64,000 nt of DNA. It comes from Mobula hypostoma. Lineage: Eukaryota. This document shows, one piece after another, positions 49,668 through 61,073 of this stretch. The stretch lies in NCBI RefSeq assembly GCF_963921235.1, contig NC_086097.1, positions 153,390,001 through 153,454,000 of the forward strand, read 5' to 3'. A model generated the notes under the pieces. That model saw nothing but the letters and a program-made list of their open reading frames with translations. It was not told where the DNA came from and did not search any database. The first letter of the stretch is position 1. Every line of letters starts with the position of its first letter. The position numbers and the translations under genes are program-made.

Positions 49668-52624
49668 GCCACTTTTCCACATAATTGTATAAGGGCTAAG
49701 AGAGTTGTAAAAGTGCACCTGAAGGCTTTGTGTGTCAATGCAAGGAGCATTCGTAACAAAGTGGATGAATTAAAAGTGCAGATTGTTATTAATGAATATG
49801 ATATAGTCGGGATCACAGAGACATGGCTCCAGGGTGACCAAGGATGGGAGCTCAACATTCAGGGATATTCAATATTCAGGAGGCATAGACCTGAAAGAAA
49901 AGGAGGTGGGGTGGTGTTGCTGGTTAGAGAGGAGATTAACGCAATAGAAAGGAAGAACATAAGCCGGGAGGATGTGGAATCAATATGGGTAGAGCTGCAT
50001 AACACTAAGGGGCAGAAAACGCTGGTGGGAGTTGTGTACAGGCCACCTAACAGTAGTAGTGAAGTTGGGGATGGTATTAAACAGGAAATTAGAAATGTGT
50101 GCAATAAAGGAACAGCAGTTATAATGGGTGACTTCAATCTACATGTAGACTGGGTGAACCAAATTGGTAAGGGTGCTGGGGAGGAGGATTTCTTGGAATG
50201 TATGCGGGATGGTATTTTGAACCAACATGTCGAGGAACCAACTAGAGAGCAGGCTATTCTAGGCTGGGTATTGAGCAATGAGGAAGGGTTAATTAGCGAT
50301 CTTGTCGTGAGAGGCCCCTTGGGTAAGAGTGACCATAATATGGTGGAATTCTTCATTAATATGGAGAGTGACATAGTTAATTCAGAAAGAAAGGTTCTGA
50401 ACTTAAAGAAGGGTAACTTTGAAGGTATGAGACGTGAATTAGCTAAGATAGACTGGCAAATGACACTTAAAGGGTTGACGGTGGATATGCAATGGCAAGC
50501 ATTTAAAGATCACATGGATGAACTACAACAATTGTTCATCCCAGTTTGGCAAAAGAATAAATCAAGGAAGGTAGTGCACCCGTGGCTGACAAGGGAAATT
50601 AGGGATAGTATCAATTCCAGAGAAGAAGCATACAAATTAGCCAGAAAAAGTGGCTCACTTGAGGACTGGGAGAAATTCAGAGTTCAGCAGGGGAGGACAA
50701 AGGGCTTAATTAGGAAGGGGAAAAAAGATTATGAGAGAAAACTGGCAGGGAACATAAAAACTGACTGTAAAAGCTTTTACAGATATGTGAAAAGAAAAAG
50801 ATTGGTTAAGACAAATGTAGTCCCCTACAGACAGAAACAGGTGAATTGATTATGGGGAGCAAGGACATGGCAGACCAACTGAATAATTACTTTGGTTCTG
50901 TCTTCACTAAGGAGGACATAAATAATCTTCCGGAAATAGTAGGGGACAGAGGGTCCAGTGAGATGGAGGAACTGAGGGAAATACATGTTAGTAGGGAAGT
51001 GGTGTTAGGTAAATTGAAGGGATTAAAGGCAGATAAATCCCCAGGGCCAGATGGTCTGCATCCCAGAGTACTTAAGGAAGTAGCCCAAGAAATAGTGGAT
51101 GCATTAGTGATAATTTTTCAAAACTCTTGAGATTCTGGACTAGTTCCTGAGGATTGGAGGGTGGCTAATGTAACCCCGCTTTTTAAAAAAGGAGGGAGAG
51201 AGAAACCGGGGAATTATAGACCGGTTAGCCTAACATCGGTGGTGGGGAAACTGCTAGAGTCAGTTATCAAAGATGTGATAACAGCACATTTGGAAAGCGG
51301 TGAAATCATTGGGCAAAGTCAGAATGGATTTGTGAAAGGAAAATCATGTCTGACGAATCTCATAGAATTTTTTGAGGATGTAACTAGTAGAGTAGATAGG
51401 GGAGAACCAGTGGATGTGGTATATTTGGATTTTCAAAAGGCTTTTGACAAGGTCCCACACAGGAGATTAGTGTGCAAACTTAAAGCACACAGTATTGGGG
51501 GTAAGGTATTGATGTGGATAGAGAATTGGTTGGCAGACAGGAAGCAAAGAGTGGGAATAAACGGGACCTTTTCAGAATGGCAGGCAGTGACTAGTGGGGT
51601 ACCGCAAGGCTCAGTGCTGGGACCCCAGTTGTTTACAATATATATTAATGACTTGGATGAGGGAATTAAATACAGCATCTCCAAGTTTGCGGATGACACG
51701 AAGCTGGGCGGCAGTGTTAGCTGTGAGGAGGATGCTAAGAGGATGCAGGGTGACTTGGATAAGTTAGGTGAGTGGGCAAATTCATGGCAGATGCAATTTA
51801 ATGTGGATAAATGTGAAGTTATCCACTTTGGTGGCAAAAATAGGAAAACAGATTATTATCTGAATGGTGGCCGATTAGGAAAAGGGGAGGTGCAATGAGA
51901 CCTGGGTGTCATTATACACCAGTCATTGAAAGTGGGCATGCAGGTACAGCAGGCGGTGAAAAAGGCGAATGGTATGCTGGCATTTATAGCAAGAGGATTC
52001 CAGTACAGGAGCAGGGAGGTACTACTGCAGTTGTACAAGGCCTTGGTGAGACCACACCAGGAGTATTGTGTGCAGTTTTGGTCCCCTAATCTGAGGAAAG
52101 ACATCCTTGCCATAGAGGGAGTACAAAGAAGGTTCACCAGATTGATTCCTGGGATGGCAGGACTTTCATATGATGAAAGACTGGATGAACTAGGCTTATA
52201 CTCGTTGGAATTTAGAAGATTGAGGAGGGATCTGATTGAAACGTATAAAATCCTAAAGGAATTGGACAGGCTCGATGCAGGAAGATTGTTCCCGATGTTG
52301 GGGAAGTCCAGAACGAGGGGTCACAGTTTGAGGATAAAGGGGAAGCCTTTTAGGACCGAGATTAGGAAAAACTTCTTCACACAGAGAGTGGTGAATCTGT
52401 GGAATTCTCTGCCACAGGAAAGAGTTGAGGCCAGTTCATTGGCTATATTTAAGAGGGAGTTTGATATGGCCCTTGTGGCTAAAGGGATCGGGGGTATGGA
52501 GGGAAGGCTGGTACAGGGTTCTGAGTTGGATGATCAGCCATGATCATACTGAATGGCGGTGCAGGCTCGAAGGGTCGATTGGCCTACTCCTGCACCTATT
52601 TTCTATGTTTCTATGTTTCTATGT
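49668..52624 (+). mobile_element. Young CR1 with essentially complete ORF2 (APE + RT) and three lesions
   Basis: NARSI, ITETW, GDFN, SDH, KSPGPDG, DFQKAFD, FADD. Frameshift at ~50820; stops at 51128-51130 and 51896-51898. (TTCTATGT)3 tail. Confidence 0.96.
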
Positions 52625-52950
52625 CAAGATAAACTGGATGTGGTGTCATAGTCCGGTCCGAAATCCATATTCCAGTTCACGGTCGGGTCCACGGACTCCG
52701 GACTCCGGGTCTTCCGGCTGTCCCTGGTTTCGGTTGGACTTAACCATAAGCACCTGATGCTCATCTTAGGGCTGGGAATATAAGTGGCCCGAGGATCAAG
52801 TATTGGTACAGGGTTGTCTTGTCAGTCTCCCCTTGGAGCAACCCATTGGTGGTAGGCTAGTGCAGTCATCGAGATATGAATTTGGCTGTTCTGTAGCCTG
52901 CTGAGATTACTGGCTGCCTCGAGTCTTGGAGCCACCCTGGACCTAGCTCC

Positions 52951-53210
52951 CTTCCTGTCCCTTGTCTCTGTCAGGTAAGCCAGCCTGTTTGCTGTTACCT
53001 TGTGGTTGGCTGTGTCCCTTTCTGTCTCTTGCCTCTGTTGGGTAAGCCAGGTTGTTTGCTGTTACCCTGTGGTTGGTTCTGTGTCTTCCTGTCCCTTGCC
53101 TCTGTTGGGTAAGCCAGGCTTTTTGCCATTACCCTGTGGTTGTGTCTGGCCCTTCCTGTCCCTTGCCACTGTCGGGTAAGCGAGGCTGTTTGCTGTGACC
53201 CTGCGGTTGG
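52951..53210 (+). repeat. 67-bp tandem repeat, four diverged copies, inside the LTR
   Basis: GGTAAG recurs at 52974, 53041, 53108 and 53175. Confidence 0.85.
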
Positions 53211-53303
53211 GTTTATTTCTCCCTGTCCTGCCCAGGAGTCCTGCATCCTGGGCAGGAATTGCCTCAAAGTACCCTTGACCTGTCATGTCCTCGTCTAGCC
53301 TCC

Positions 53304-53447
53304 AAGAACCCAAGCCTCATCACGTCTTCGCCTGGTCTCCAGGAACCCAAGCCTCATCACGTCTTCGCCTGGTCTCCAGGAACCCAAGCCTCATCACGTC
53401 TTCGCCTGGTCTCCAGGAACCCAAGCCTCATCACGTCTTCGCCTGGT
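53304..53447 (+). repeat. 37-bp near-perfect tandem repeat, ~3.9 copies, inside the LTR
   Basis: AGGAACCCAAGCCTCATCACGTCTTCGCCTGGTCTCC at 53304, 53341, 53378 and 53415. Confidence 0.95.
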
Positions 53448-54984
53448 TTTGGGATCCAAGCCTGAGTCAAGACCCAAGTTCTGGGTCCTTGTCGAGTCTC
53501 TGGCCCGGAGTTCACGCCCAGGCTCCTTGTTCCCACTCCCTTGTCCTGGTCCTGCTCCCCTAGCCTAGTCTGTGTTCCTGTCCCCACTCCTCATCTGCGT
53601 CCTGTCCCATCATTTAGTTTCGTCCGTTCCGGTTCCTAGTACTTCAGTGTCTGTGTCTTGCATTTGGGTCCATTCCCAACATCCTCCACTGTGACATGTG
53701 GAGAGGATGTTTCCTAATGTGGTGACTCTATTCCCAGAGAGTATAGCCTTGGAATAGAGGTATGTCCATTAAGAACAGATATGAGGGCAGTGAATCTGTG
53801 AATTCTTTGCCACTGATGGCTATGGAGGCCAAGTCATTGAGTATATTTGAGGCTGAGGTTGATTAGTTTTTGGTAAGTCAGAGCATCAATGGTTATGGAG
53901 AGAAGGCAGGAGAATGGGGTTGAGAGAGTTAGTAATTCATCTATGATGGAATGCGAAGGCAGTCTCGATGGCCTGAGTGACCTAATTCTGCTCCTATAGC
54001 TTTTGACAAGGGTTGACACATGTGAAATTATTGATTATAACTGAATAGAAACACCTTAGTTAGAATGAACAGTTAGTTTCTTCTTTGTCAAGCAGGCAAG
54101 GAAAGTTGATTAGAAAGGAAAAATTGGGATGGTGAATGGACTGGATGCCAACCTGTATAATGAATCCACAGATTCTGTGTTACATTTCTTCTCAAAAAAA
54201 ATAACAATTTTTTTATTATACTCTCAGTGGCCTCCTTTAATTTCTGCTTCAGTCCTCTTTGCAGATACACCAGATGTCCAAAACTCCTAAGTGAATAATA
54301 TGCACAGTAAGTCACTGTACTTCCTTCACTGCACATGTAAAGGCGTTTGTTCTGCCTATTTTACCCTCAGACATAGCACAGCCAGTGACACTGTTTGATT
54401 TTTGGGAATGTGATGAAGAAAATCACATTCACACAGCACCATAGCTAACTAATGTATTATAAGCATTAAGGTTGATGCTCTTTTTATTCCTTGCTACCAG
54501 GTGTAAGGAAGGAATTTTAATAGCCATTGAAGAAATCGTGGGTTTGGCTTGCCTATTTGCTTTATACATCATGCAATTCAACTTCCTAACTCAGACATTA
54601 TGGGTACTTTGAGATGATACTTTGAATCTCTGACCAAATCATTCCAATAAGTAGCAGAAACAACAATATTTCTTGCTCCTGATACAAAAGTAAGTTAAAA
54701 TAGCCCATCTGTGATATACAGAGAATTTACCCAACTTTGTTCTCTCTGTTGAGAAAAAAGAGTGTTTAAATGCATTATTATTTCTGAAACTGCTTGAACT
54801 AAACCATCAAACGTCATCCCACATATGAAGAGATGAATATACCAAAGTCAAGAATGGCCACCATAAAACCCTATGCTCCATTCGTAATGTAGTAAATATC
54901 ATGACCTTACTTTTGTGTAAATAATAAAATATATTTTACATTTTGTAACTAGGTAATCTTTCAAAATAGTTATCTTTTCTTTTT

Positions 54985-55563
54985 AGAGTATAGTCACAGA
55001 GCACTACAGCAGAGAAACAGGAACTTTGGTCCATCTAATCCACGCTGAATTGTTACTGTGTCAAGTCAAATTGACCCACACCTGGAACTTAGCCCTCCCA
55101 TCCACATACTAATAAACATTTCTCTTAAATGTTGAAATCAAACCCGTATCCACCGCTTCCACTGGCAGCTTGTTCCACACCTGGTCCACTCTCTGAGTGA
55201 AGAAGTTCCCCTTAAATATTTCATCTATCACTCTTAAACCATGACCCCTAGTTTTAATCTCACCTAACCTGAGTGGGATAAAGCTACTTGTATTTACCCT
55301 TTCTATAGCCATCATAATTTTATATACAGTACATCTAACTAATTTTCCTTCATTCTCCTAGGCTCCTGGGCATGAAGTACTAACCTATTCAATCTTTCCC
55401 TATAATTGAAATCCCCAAATCCCAGCAATGCCCTTGTAAGTCTTTTTTGTACTGTTTCAATCTTACTCCTATCTTTCCTGTAGCTAGATGACCAGAAAAG
55501 CAAATAATACAGTACTCCAAATTAGGCCTCACCAATATCTGATACTGTACAACTTCAACATAA
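54985..55563 (-). mobile_element. Old CR1 3' fragment
   Basis: LVRPNLEYC and TRGHGL…FFTQRV..VWNKLP remnants. Confidence 0.8.
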
Positions 55564-55578
55564 CTACAGATAAGTTGT

Positions 55579-55717
55579 GTTGAGGTCCTGATGAAGGGTC
55601 TCAGCCTGAAACGTCGACTGTACCTCTTCCTAGAGATGCTGCCTGGCCTGCTGCGTTCACCAGCAACTTTGATGTGTGTTGCTTGAATTTCCAGCAGCTG
55701 CAGAATTCCTGTTTGCG
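55579..55717 (+). mobile_element. 139-bp PLE-derived mini-element with 10-bp TSD
   Basis: GATAAGTTGT at 55569-55578 and 55718-55727; near-identical to the 3' terminus of the PLE at 15203-15300. Confidence 0.88.
55584..55619 (+). ncRNA. Minimal hammerhead ribozyme motif
   Basis: GGUC-CUGAUGA-AGG(GUCUCAG)CCU-GAAA-C-GUC-GACU. Confidence 0.78.
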
Positions 55718-56476
55718 GATAAGTTGTTCTTTTCTTCAAAAATCTTTGAAACAGATCCATTCAGCCCTATTTTATTTATCCCTTCCAGCAAGAATAAAGG
55801 TTCTCTCAAGCCTTTTGATAATTGTTGAATAATTCCTGTTATATTTCCAAATGAACCCCAGATTCTCCATCCTGACCAGTCTAACCTACCTGGAAATTGA
55901 AATCTTTTGAGGAAGTTGCAGGCATCGACTCTGCCATTACACTCAGCAATACCACTACAATCTCACTAACAGAGAAAGAGAAAAAAATATTGGCTTGCAA
56001 CAATACACACTTAATCAATAAGAGGCCATGTCCTGTCATGTTTGAGCTAACACTTGCAGCATTTCCCACTGACTAACAAAAAGCAGCAAGATAAAGCAAT
56101 AACGTTTGAACAGAATTCTCAATCTGACAAATGCAGGGCCACTTCTTAACTGTACTCTTATGACACTTGTTTTCCTGGAAAGGTCTATTGACCACAAAAG
56201 GCAAGGGCTCCCACTGTAATCAGGAATCACTTGTTTCAACAGCAGCACTACAACTTGCAGTTCTCTTTCCTGACAATATGTTTGATAGCAAATGTGCCTA
56301 AGAAGAATATGGTATCCTGTCTCAATGACTATTGTCCAGTTGCATTAACTGTACATCCATGGTGATGAAGTATGTTGAGAGATTGGTGATGAAACATATC
56401 AACCCTTGCCTGACAACAGACTTGCATCTGCTCCAATTTGCCTACCAGAGCAAAAGGTCCGCAATTGATGCCATCT

Positions 56477-56672
56477 CAATAGACAATAGGTGCAGGAGTA
56501 GGCCATTCGGCCCTTCAAGCCAGCACCGCCATTCACTGTGATCATGGCTGATCATCCACAATCAGTACCCCGTTCCTGCCTTCTCCCCATATCCCTTGAC
56601 TCCGTAATCTTTAAGAGCTCTATCTAACTCTTTCCTGAAAGCATCAAGAGAATTGGCCTCCACTGCCTTCTA
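56477..56672 (-). mobile_element. CR1 3' tail fragment inserted in Rex1
   Basis: GGAGTAGGCCATTCGGCCCTTC…CATGGCTGATCATCC, as at 70-130; TCTCA is duplicated at the flanks. Confidence 0.85.
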
Positions 56673-58260
56673 AGGGTTCTCATTGGCTCTTCACTCAACC
56701 CTGGAACATCTGGAGAGCAAAGATGCAAGCATGTGGATGCTTTTTATCAACTACAGCTCAGCACTCAATACTATAATCTCCTCAAATCTATTCAATGAGC
56801 TTAAAGACCTTGGCCTCTATACCTCCTTGTACAATTGGATCCTCGATTTCCTCACTTGTAGACCCTAGTCAGTTTAGATAGGCAACAACACCTATTTCCA
56901 CAATCTCCATCAGCACAGGTACACCACAGGCCTGTGTCCTTAGACCCCTGCTCTACTTGCTTTATACTCATGACTGTGGTTAAGCACAGTTCCAAAGCCA
57001 TTTTCAAGTTTTCTGATGACACTGCCATCATAGGCCGAGTCAAAGGTGGTGACAAATCAGCATATAGAAGGGAGATTGAAAATCTGGCTGAGTGGTACCA
57101 CAGCAACAAACCAAGGACTGGTGATTGACTTTAGGAGGAGGAAACTAGAGGTTCATAAGCCAGCATTCATTGAAGGATCAGAGGTGGAGAGGGTCAGGAA
57201 CTTTAAATTCCTTGAGGTTATAATTTCTGAGGAACTGTTGTGGGCCCAGCATATATGTGCAATTATGAGGAAAGAAATGCAGCACCTCTACTTTCTTGGG
57301 AGTTTTTGAAGATTTGGAATGACATCTAAAACCTTGACAAACTTCTAGGTCTACAGTGGATGCAGTCTCACTGGCTCTCCACTAGGCCTTGCACCACCAG
57401 GACAGTAGCAATACCCTTGTCAGGCTTCTGTTTATTGATTACAGTTCTGTATTCAACACAACTATGCCCTCAGTTCTTATCAACAGGCTCCAAAACGTGG
57501 GCCTCTGCAGCCGGATCCTTGACTTCCTCATCAGGAGAGCGCAGTTAGTGTGGATTGGAAATAACATCTCCTCTTCATTGACAATCAACAACGGCACACC
57601 TGAAGGATGCATGCTTAGTCTGCTGCTCTACTCTGTCTACACCTATGACCATGTGGCTGGGTACTGCTCAAACATCATTCATAATTTTGCTGACAACACA
57701 ATTATTGTTGGCTGAATTTCAGATGGTGACAAGGAGACGTACAGGAGCGAGATAGAGCAGCTAGTCGAGTGGTGTCACAACATCAACCTTGCACTTAACT
57801 TCAGTAAGACCAAGGACTTGATTGTGGACTTCAGGAAGGGGAATATAAGGAAACACACCAGTCCTTCTTGAGGAATTAGCGGTGGATACTGTGAGCAGTT
57901 TCACACTATTGAAGACCAAAGGCATTTGCTGTTGATTTTTATCTCAGGTTGGTTGAAATATTAAAGTGAAGAAGCGATGCTTCAGATTTTCCTAGTCTTA
58001 GTCATTCACCACCTGAACTACTGCAACTAGCTTCATGCAATACTTTAACAGAATAATCAATATATGGGCCCAACATATTGATGCAATACAAAGAAGACAT
58101 GAAGGCAACTCATTAGGAGCTTCAGGAGATCTGGTATGTCACCAAAGACACTGTAAAATTTGCACAGATGCACCATGGACAGCATTCTAACTGATTGGTA
58201 TGGAGGGCCTCTGCATGGGATCAGAAAAAGCTGCAGAGAGTTGCAAACTCAGCCATCAGT

Positions 58261-58917
58261 GAGGGGGAGGAGAAGATGGCGGCACGACGCAGTGCGCGCG
58301 GCCGCTCCGAAATGAAATCGTATGTGTTAACTAGGGGCCATGCGCAATCCTGATTTGATGGATACGGATGTGAGAAGCACAGAGGAACACCTGAAGAAAC
58401 TTCTGGAATGCCTGCTTCACTGCCGCTGCTACTGCGCGATCGAGAATCTCCTGAGGGGAAGGCCCTGAATCCTCGGCTTTGCCTATTGCCTTTTGCCGGG
58501 GCTGGGGTTGAAGCGCTCGGCAGAGATGGTGCTCAAAGTTTTCGGACGGACTCAAGAGTCGGCTGTGGTCGGGTGCTTCCAGGATGCTGCATCGGCAAGT
58601 TTGCGGCGCTGGAAGCTCATGGCAGGGAGAGTTTTTTTTTCTTCCTTCTACCATCTGCGTGAGATGATAGGACTTTTGAGAGACTTTGAGACGTTTTTTT
58701 ACCATGCCCATGGTCTGTTCTTCATGAAATTACGGTATTGCTTTGCACTGTTGTAACTATATGTTATAATTCTGTGGTTTTTGTCAGTTTTTCAGTCGGT
58801 TTGTCTTGTGTTTCTGTGATATCATTCTGGAGGAACATTGTAACATTTCTTAATGCATGCATCACTAAATGACAATAAAAGAGGACTGCATGTCCTCATA
58901 ATCTAATCTAATCTAAT
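58261..58917 (+). mobile_element. Young CpG-rich non-autonomous retroelement (AAGATGGCGGC head, Rex1-like tail, (AATCT)n end)
   Basis: Interrupts a Rex1 fragment; no credible ORF; tail similar to 13105-13140; second truncated copy at 9527-9586. Confidence 0.8.
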
Positions 58918-59927
58918 GTAATCTCCATGATCAATGACATTTTCAAAAGGCATTGCCTCAGAAAGGTGGTATCCATCAATAAGGACCACTATCACCCAGA
59001 CCGTGCACCACTTATTTAATTTAAATAGCAGAGGGAAATTCATGTGTTTTTTATTATGTATTGCAAGTACTGCTGCTGCAAGACAACAAACTTTTACCTC
59101 ATATGCCAATAATATTAAACCTGATTCTCATCCCCTATACAAATGCAGTTCATTTAAAATATGCCTGAGATTATTCCAATTTATGCTCCATCCCATTGAG
59201 GGGTCACATTTTGGGGACTATTGTGTCTTCTTTCCCTCTGCTATTCATGATTTCAAGCCAAGCCAATTCTTCATTACTATCCACAGCCTATATGTCATGA
59301 TTAGATATCTTCCTTGACTGACAATATTGCCTCCCTTCTCTTTTGGCCAGTTGTTTTGTAATATTGTCTAACCTGGACTAATGAACAAATTCTTGTTTCA
59401 GTGTGTTTTCTTTCAGCTTAATCTTAAACCCCTGCACAGTTCTGAGGAATCTGGTTTTGTGCAGATAGGAATAAAGGACAGCATGGTTGAGATGGACCAA
59501 AAGAGTCTGTTTCTCTGATTCTATTCTGTCTTTATCATTCTGTTAAAACATTGCACAAAGCTAAATGCAGTAGTTCAGATGCTGTTTGACTAAGGCTAGG
59601 TAAAGTTGGAACACCATTTCTTCACTTTAATATTTCAACCAACTTGAGCTGAAAGCCAACAACAAACACCTTTGGTCTTCAATTAGTGTTGGTGCCTGTG
59701 GAATGGGATGGTTTGCTTGTCCCATGCATAAAAGGTGAGAGCAGATTAATTAATTTAAAATGTTTTGAGATGAGTGAAGCAGCTTAGCATATTTTATTTG
59801 ATGACAGAAAGAGTAATGAATGCAGTCAAGGGGTAACAATATTGTGAAAACAATTGTAGTTTTTGAGGATGAGCTTGTAAGTACAAAAGAGATACAGAAA
59901 AGCTTTCATTGCTGGCTTTGGGACACC

Positions 59928-61073
59928 TGTCATGGTCCGGTCCATGAAGTCCACATTCCAGTTCATGGTCCGGTCCATCAATCCCTATTCCAGGTTTTCC
60001 GGTTTTCCCTGGTTCCACTGAGGCACCTGATTCTCATTTCGGGGTGGCACATAAATACCTCTGCAAACCAAGGATTGGTTGCTGGACTGTCTTCTCTCTC
60101 TCCCTTCCCCTCCCCATCTCAATCCCCAGCCCCAGCGGAAACCCCATCATTCCTCGTCTCAGTCCCTGTCAGAACCCACACCTAGAAGATCGGCATCTGT
60201 AACCTTTGCCTGCAACCTCATCAGTATCCCTGTCAAGTTCAACTGCCGGAGTGAGACTGGAGCCTTGACACGCCAAGATAAGGAACTATCTATCGCTGAG
60301 TTTGGAACTGTTTCTTTGTGTCCCCATGTTTAGCGTCCGTGTCAAAAAAAGTCCCAGTCCTAGGTCCTGTTCCCAAGGAGGGGTTCTGACTCTGTGTAAG
60401 GCTCCAGCCCTGAGTTGTGTTCCCAATGAGAGGTCCTGGTTCTGTGTCCCATGTACGAGTCCCGGCCCTACGTCCTGTTCTCAAGGAGAAGTCCTGGCTC
60501 TGTGCTCTGTGTTCTGGTGCTCAGGCCCAAGGCTCTGTGTTCTGGTGCTCCAAGTCCAAGTCCAGGCACCATGTTCCAGCCCTGTCCAAGTCTGAGCTTC
60601 GTGTCCTCATTCAGTTCTGGTACCTCTTCCAGTCCATGTTCCTCTCTCAGCCCAGGGGTTCCTCACCCAGCCCGGTGCTGGAGATTCCTCATCCTGTGCT
60701 GGAGTATTTCGTCCTGTCCTATAGCCATGTTCTGTCCTTGCCAAGATCCTAGATCCTAGTCCCTAGTCCTAGCCTAGATCCGGGTTCCAGTTCCAAGTCC
60801 CAACCAAGACCCAGGTTCCTTGTCCAGGCTCTGGTTCCGGAGTTCTGTGTTCCTAGTCCAGGCTCCTCATTCCTAGTTCCACGTCCGGGTCCTGTGTTTC
60901 TAGTCCAAGTCCTTGCCCAGGCCCTGAATCCTAGTTTCGTCCAGGGTCTGTGTCCCTGTCCAGCGTCGTTTCTTCCTGACTCACCTTGCTATCTCAATAA
61001 CCCTAGTCCTGTTCCTATTCTTCCGTGTTTGTGTCTTGCATTTTGGTCCGCCATCAACGCCCACCTTGCAACA
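59928..61073 (+). mobile_element. Solo LTR, copy 3
   Basis: TGTCATGGTCCGGTCC…GTCTTGCATTTTGGTCC…CAACA; homologous to copies 1 and 2. Confidence 0.82.

Larger units (their letters stand above)
52644..53696 (+). mobile_element. Solo LTR, copy 2, with 5-bp TSD TGTGG
   Basis: TGTCA…TGACA; TGTGG at 52639-52643 and 53697-53701; CACCTG…TATAA promoter-like motif near 52751-52782. Confidence 0.88.
48940..54000 (+). mobile_element. Old CR1 3' half interrupted by a young CR1 and a solo LTR
   Basis: [12 protein letters not shown]…KFAND at 48960-49150; resumes at 52625-52643 and 53697-54000. Confidence 0.8.
56290..59130 (+). mobile_element. Two adjacent decayed Rex1/Babar RT fragments (56290-57347 and ~57350-59130)
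   Basis: [33 protein letters not shown] and GTPEGC motifs; tail at ~59060-59128. Confidence 0.82.

Noticed and set aside
53304..53447. 37-bp repeats as a CRISPR array
   Set aside because: Units are directly adjacent with no spacers, lie inside an LTR, and there are no cas genes; the context is eukaryotic.
54264..54306. Plus-strand exon candidate (similarly 23237-23334)
   Set aside because: The first has stops in all frames and the second gives an unrecognisable peptide; no other support.
55890..55965. Resemblance of VMAESMPATS to the nicotinic receptor M2-M3 loop (VAEIMPATS)
   Set aside because: Flanking residues and spacing do not fit, and no other receptor exons are seen; probably coincidence.
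58331..58756. Overlapping ORFs, or a CpG-island host promoter
   Set aside because: Lies within a tailed insertion that interrupts a Rex1 fragment; the ORFs reflect GC richness.
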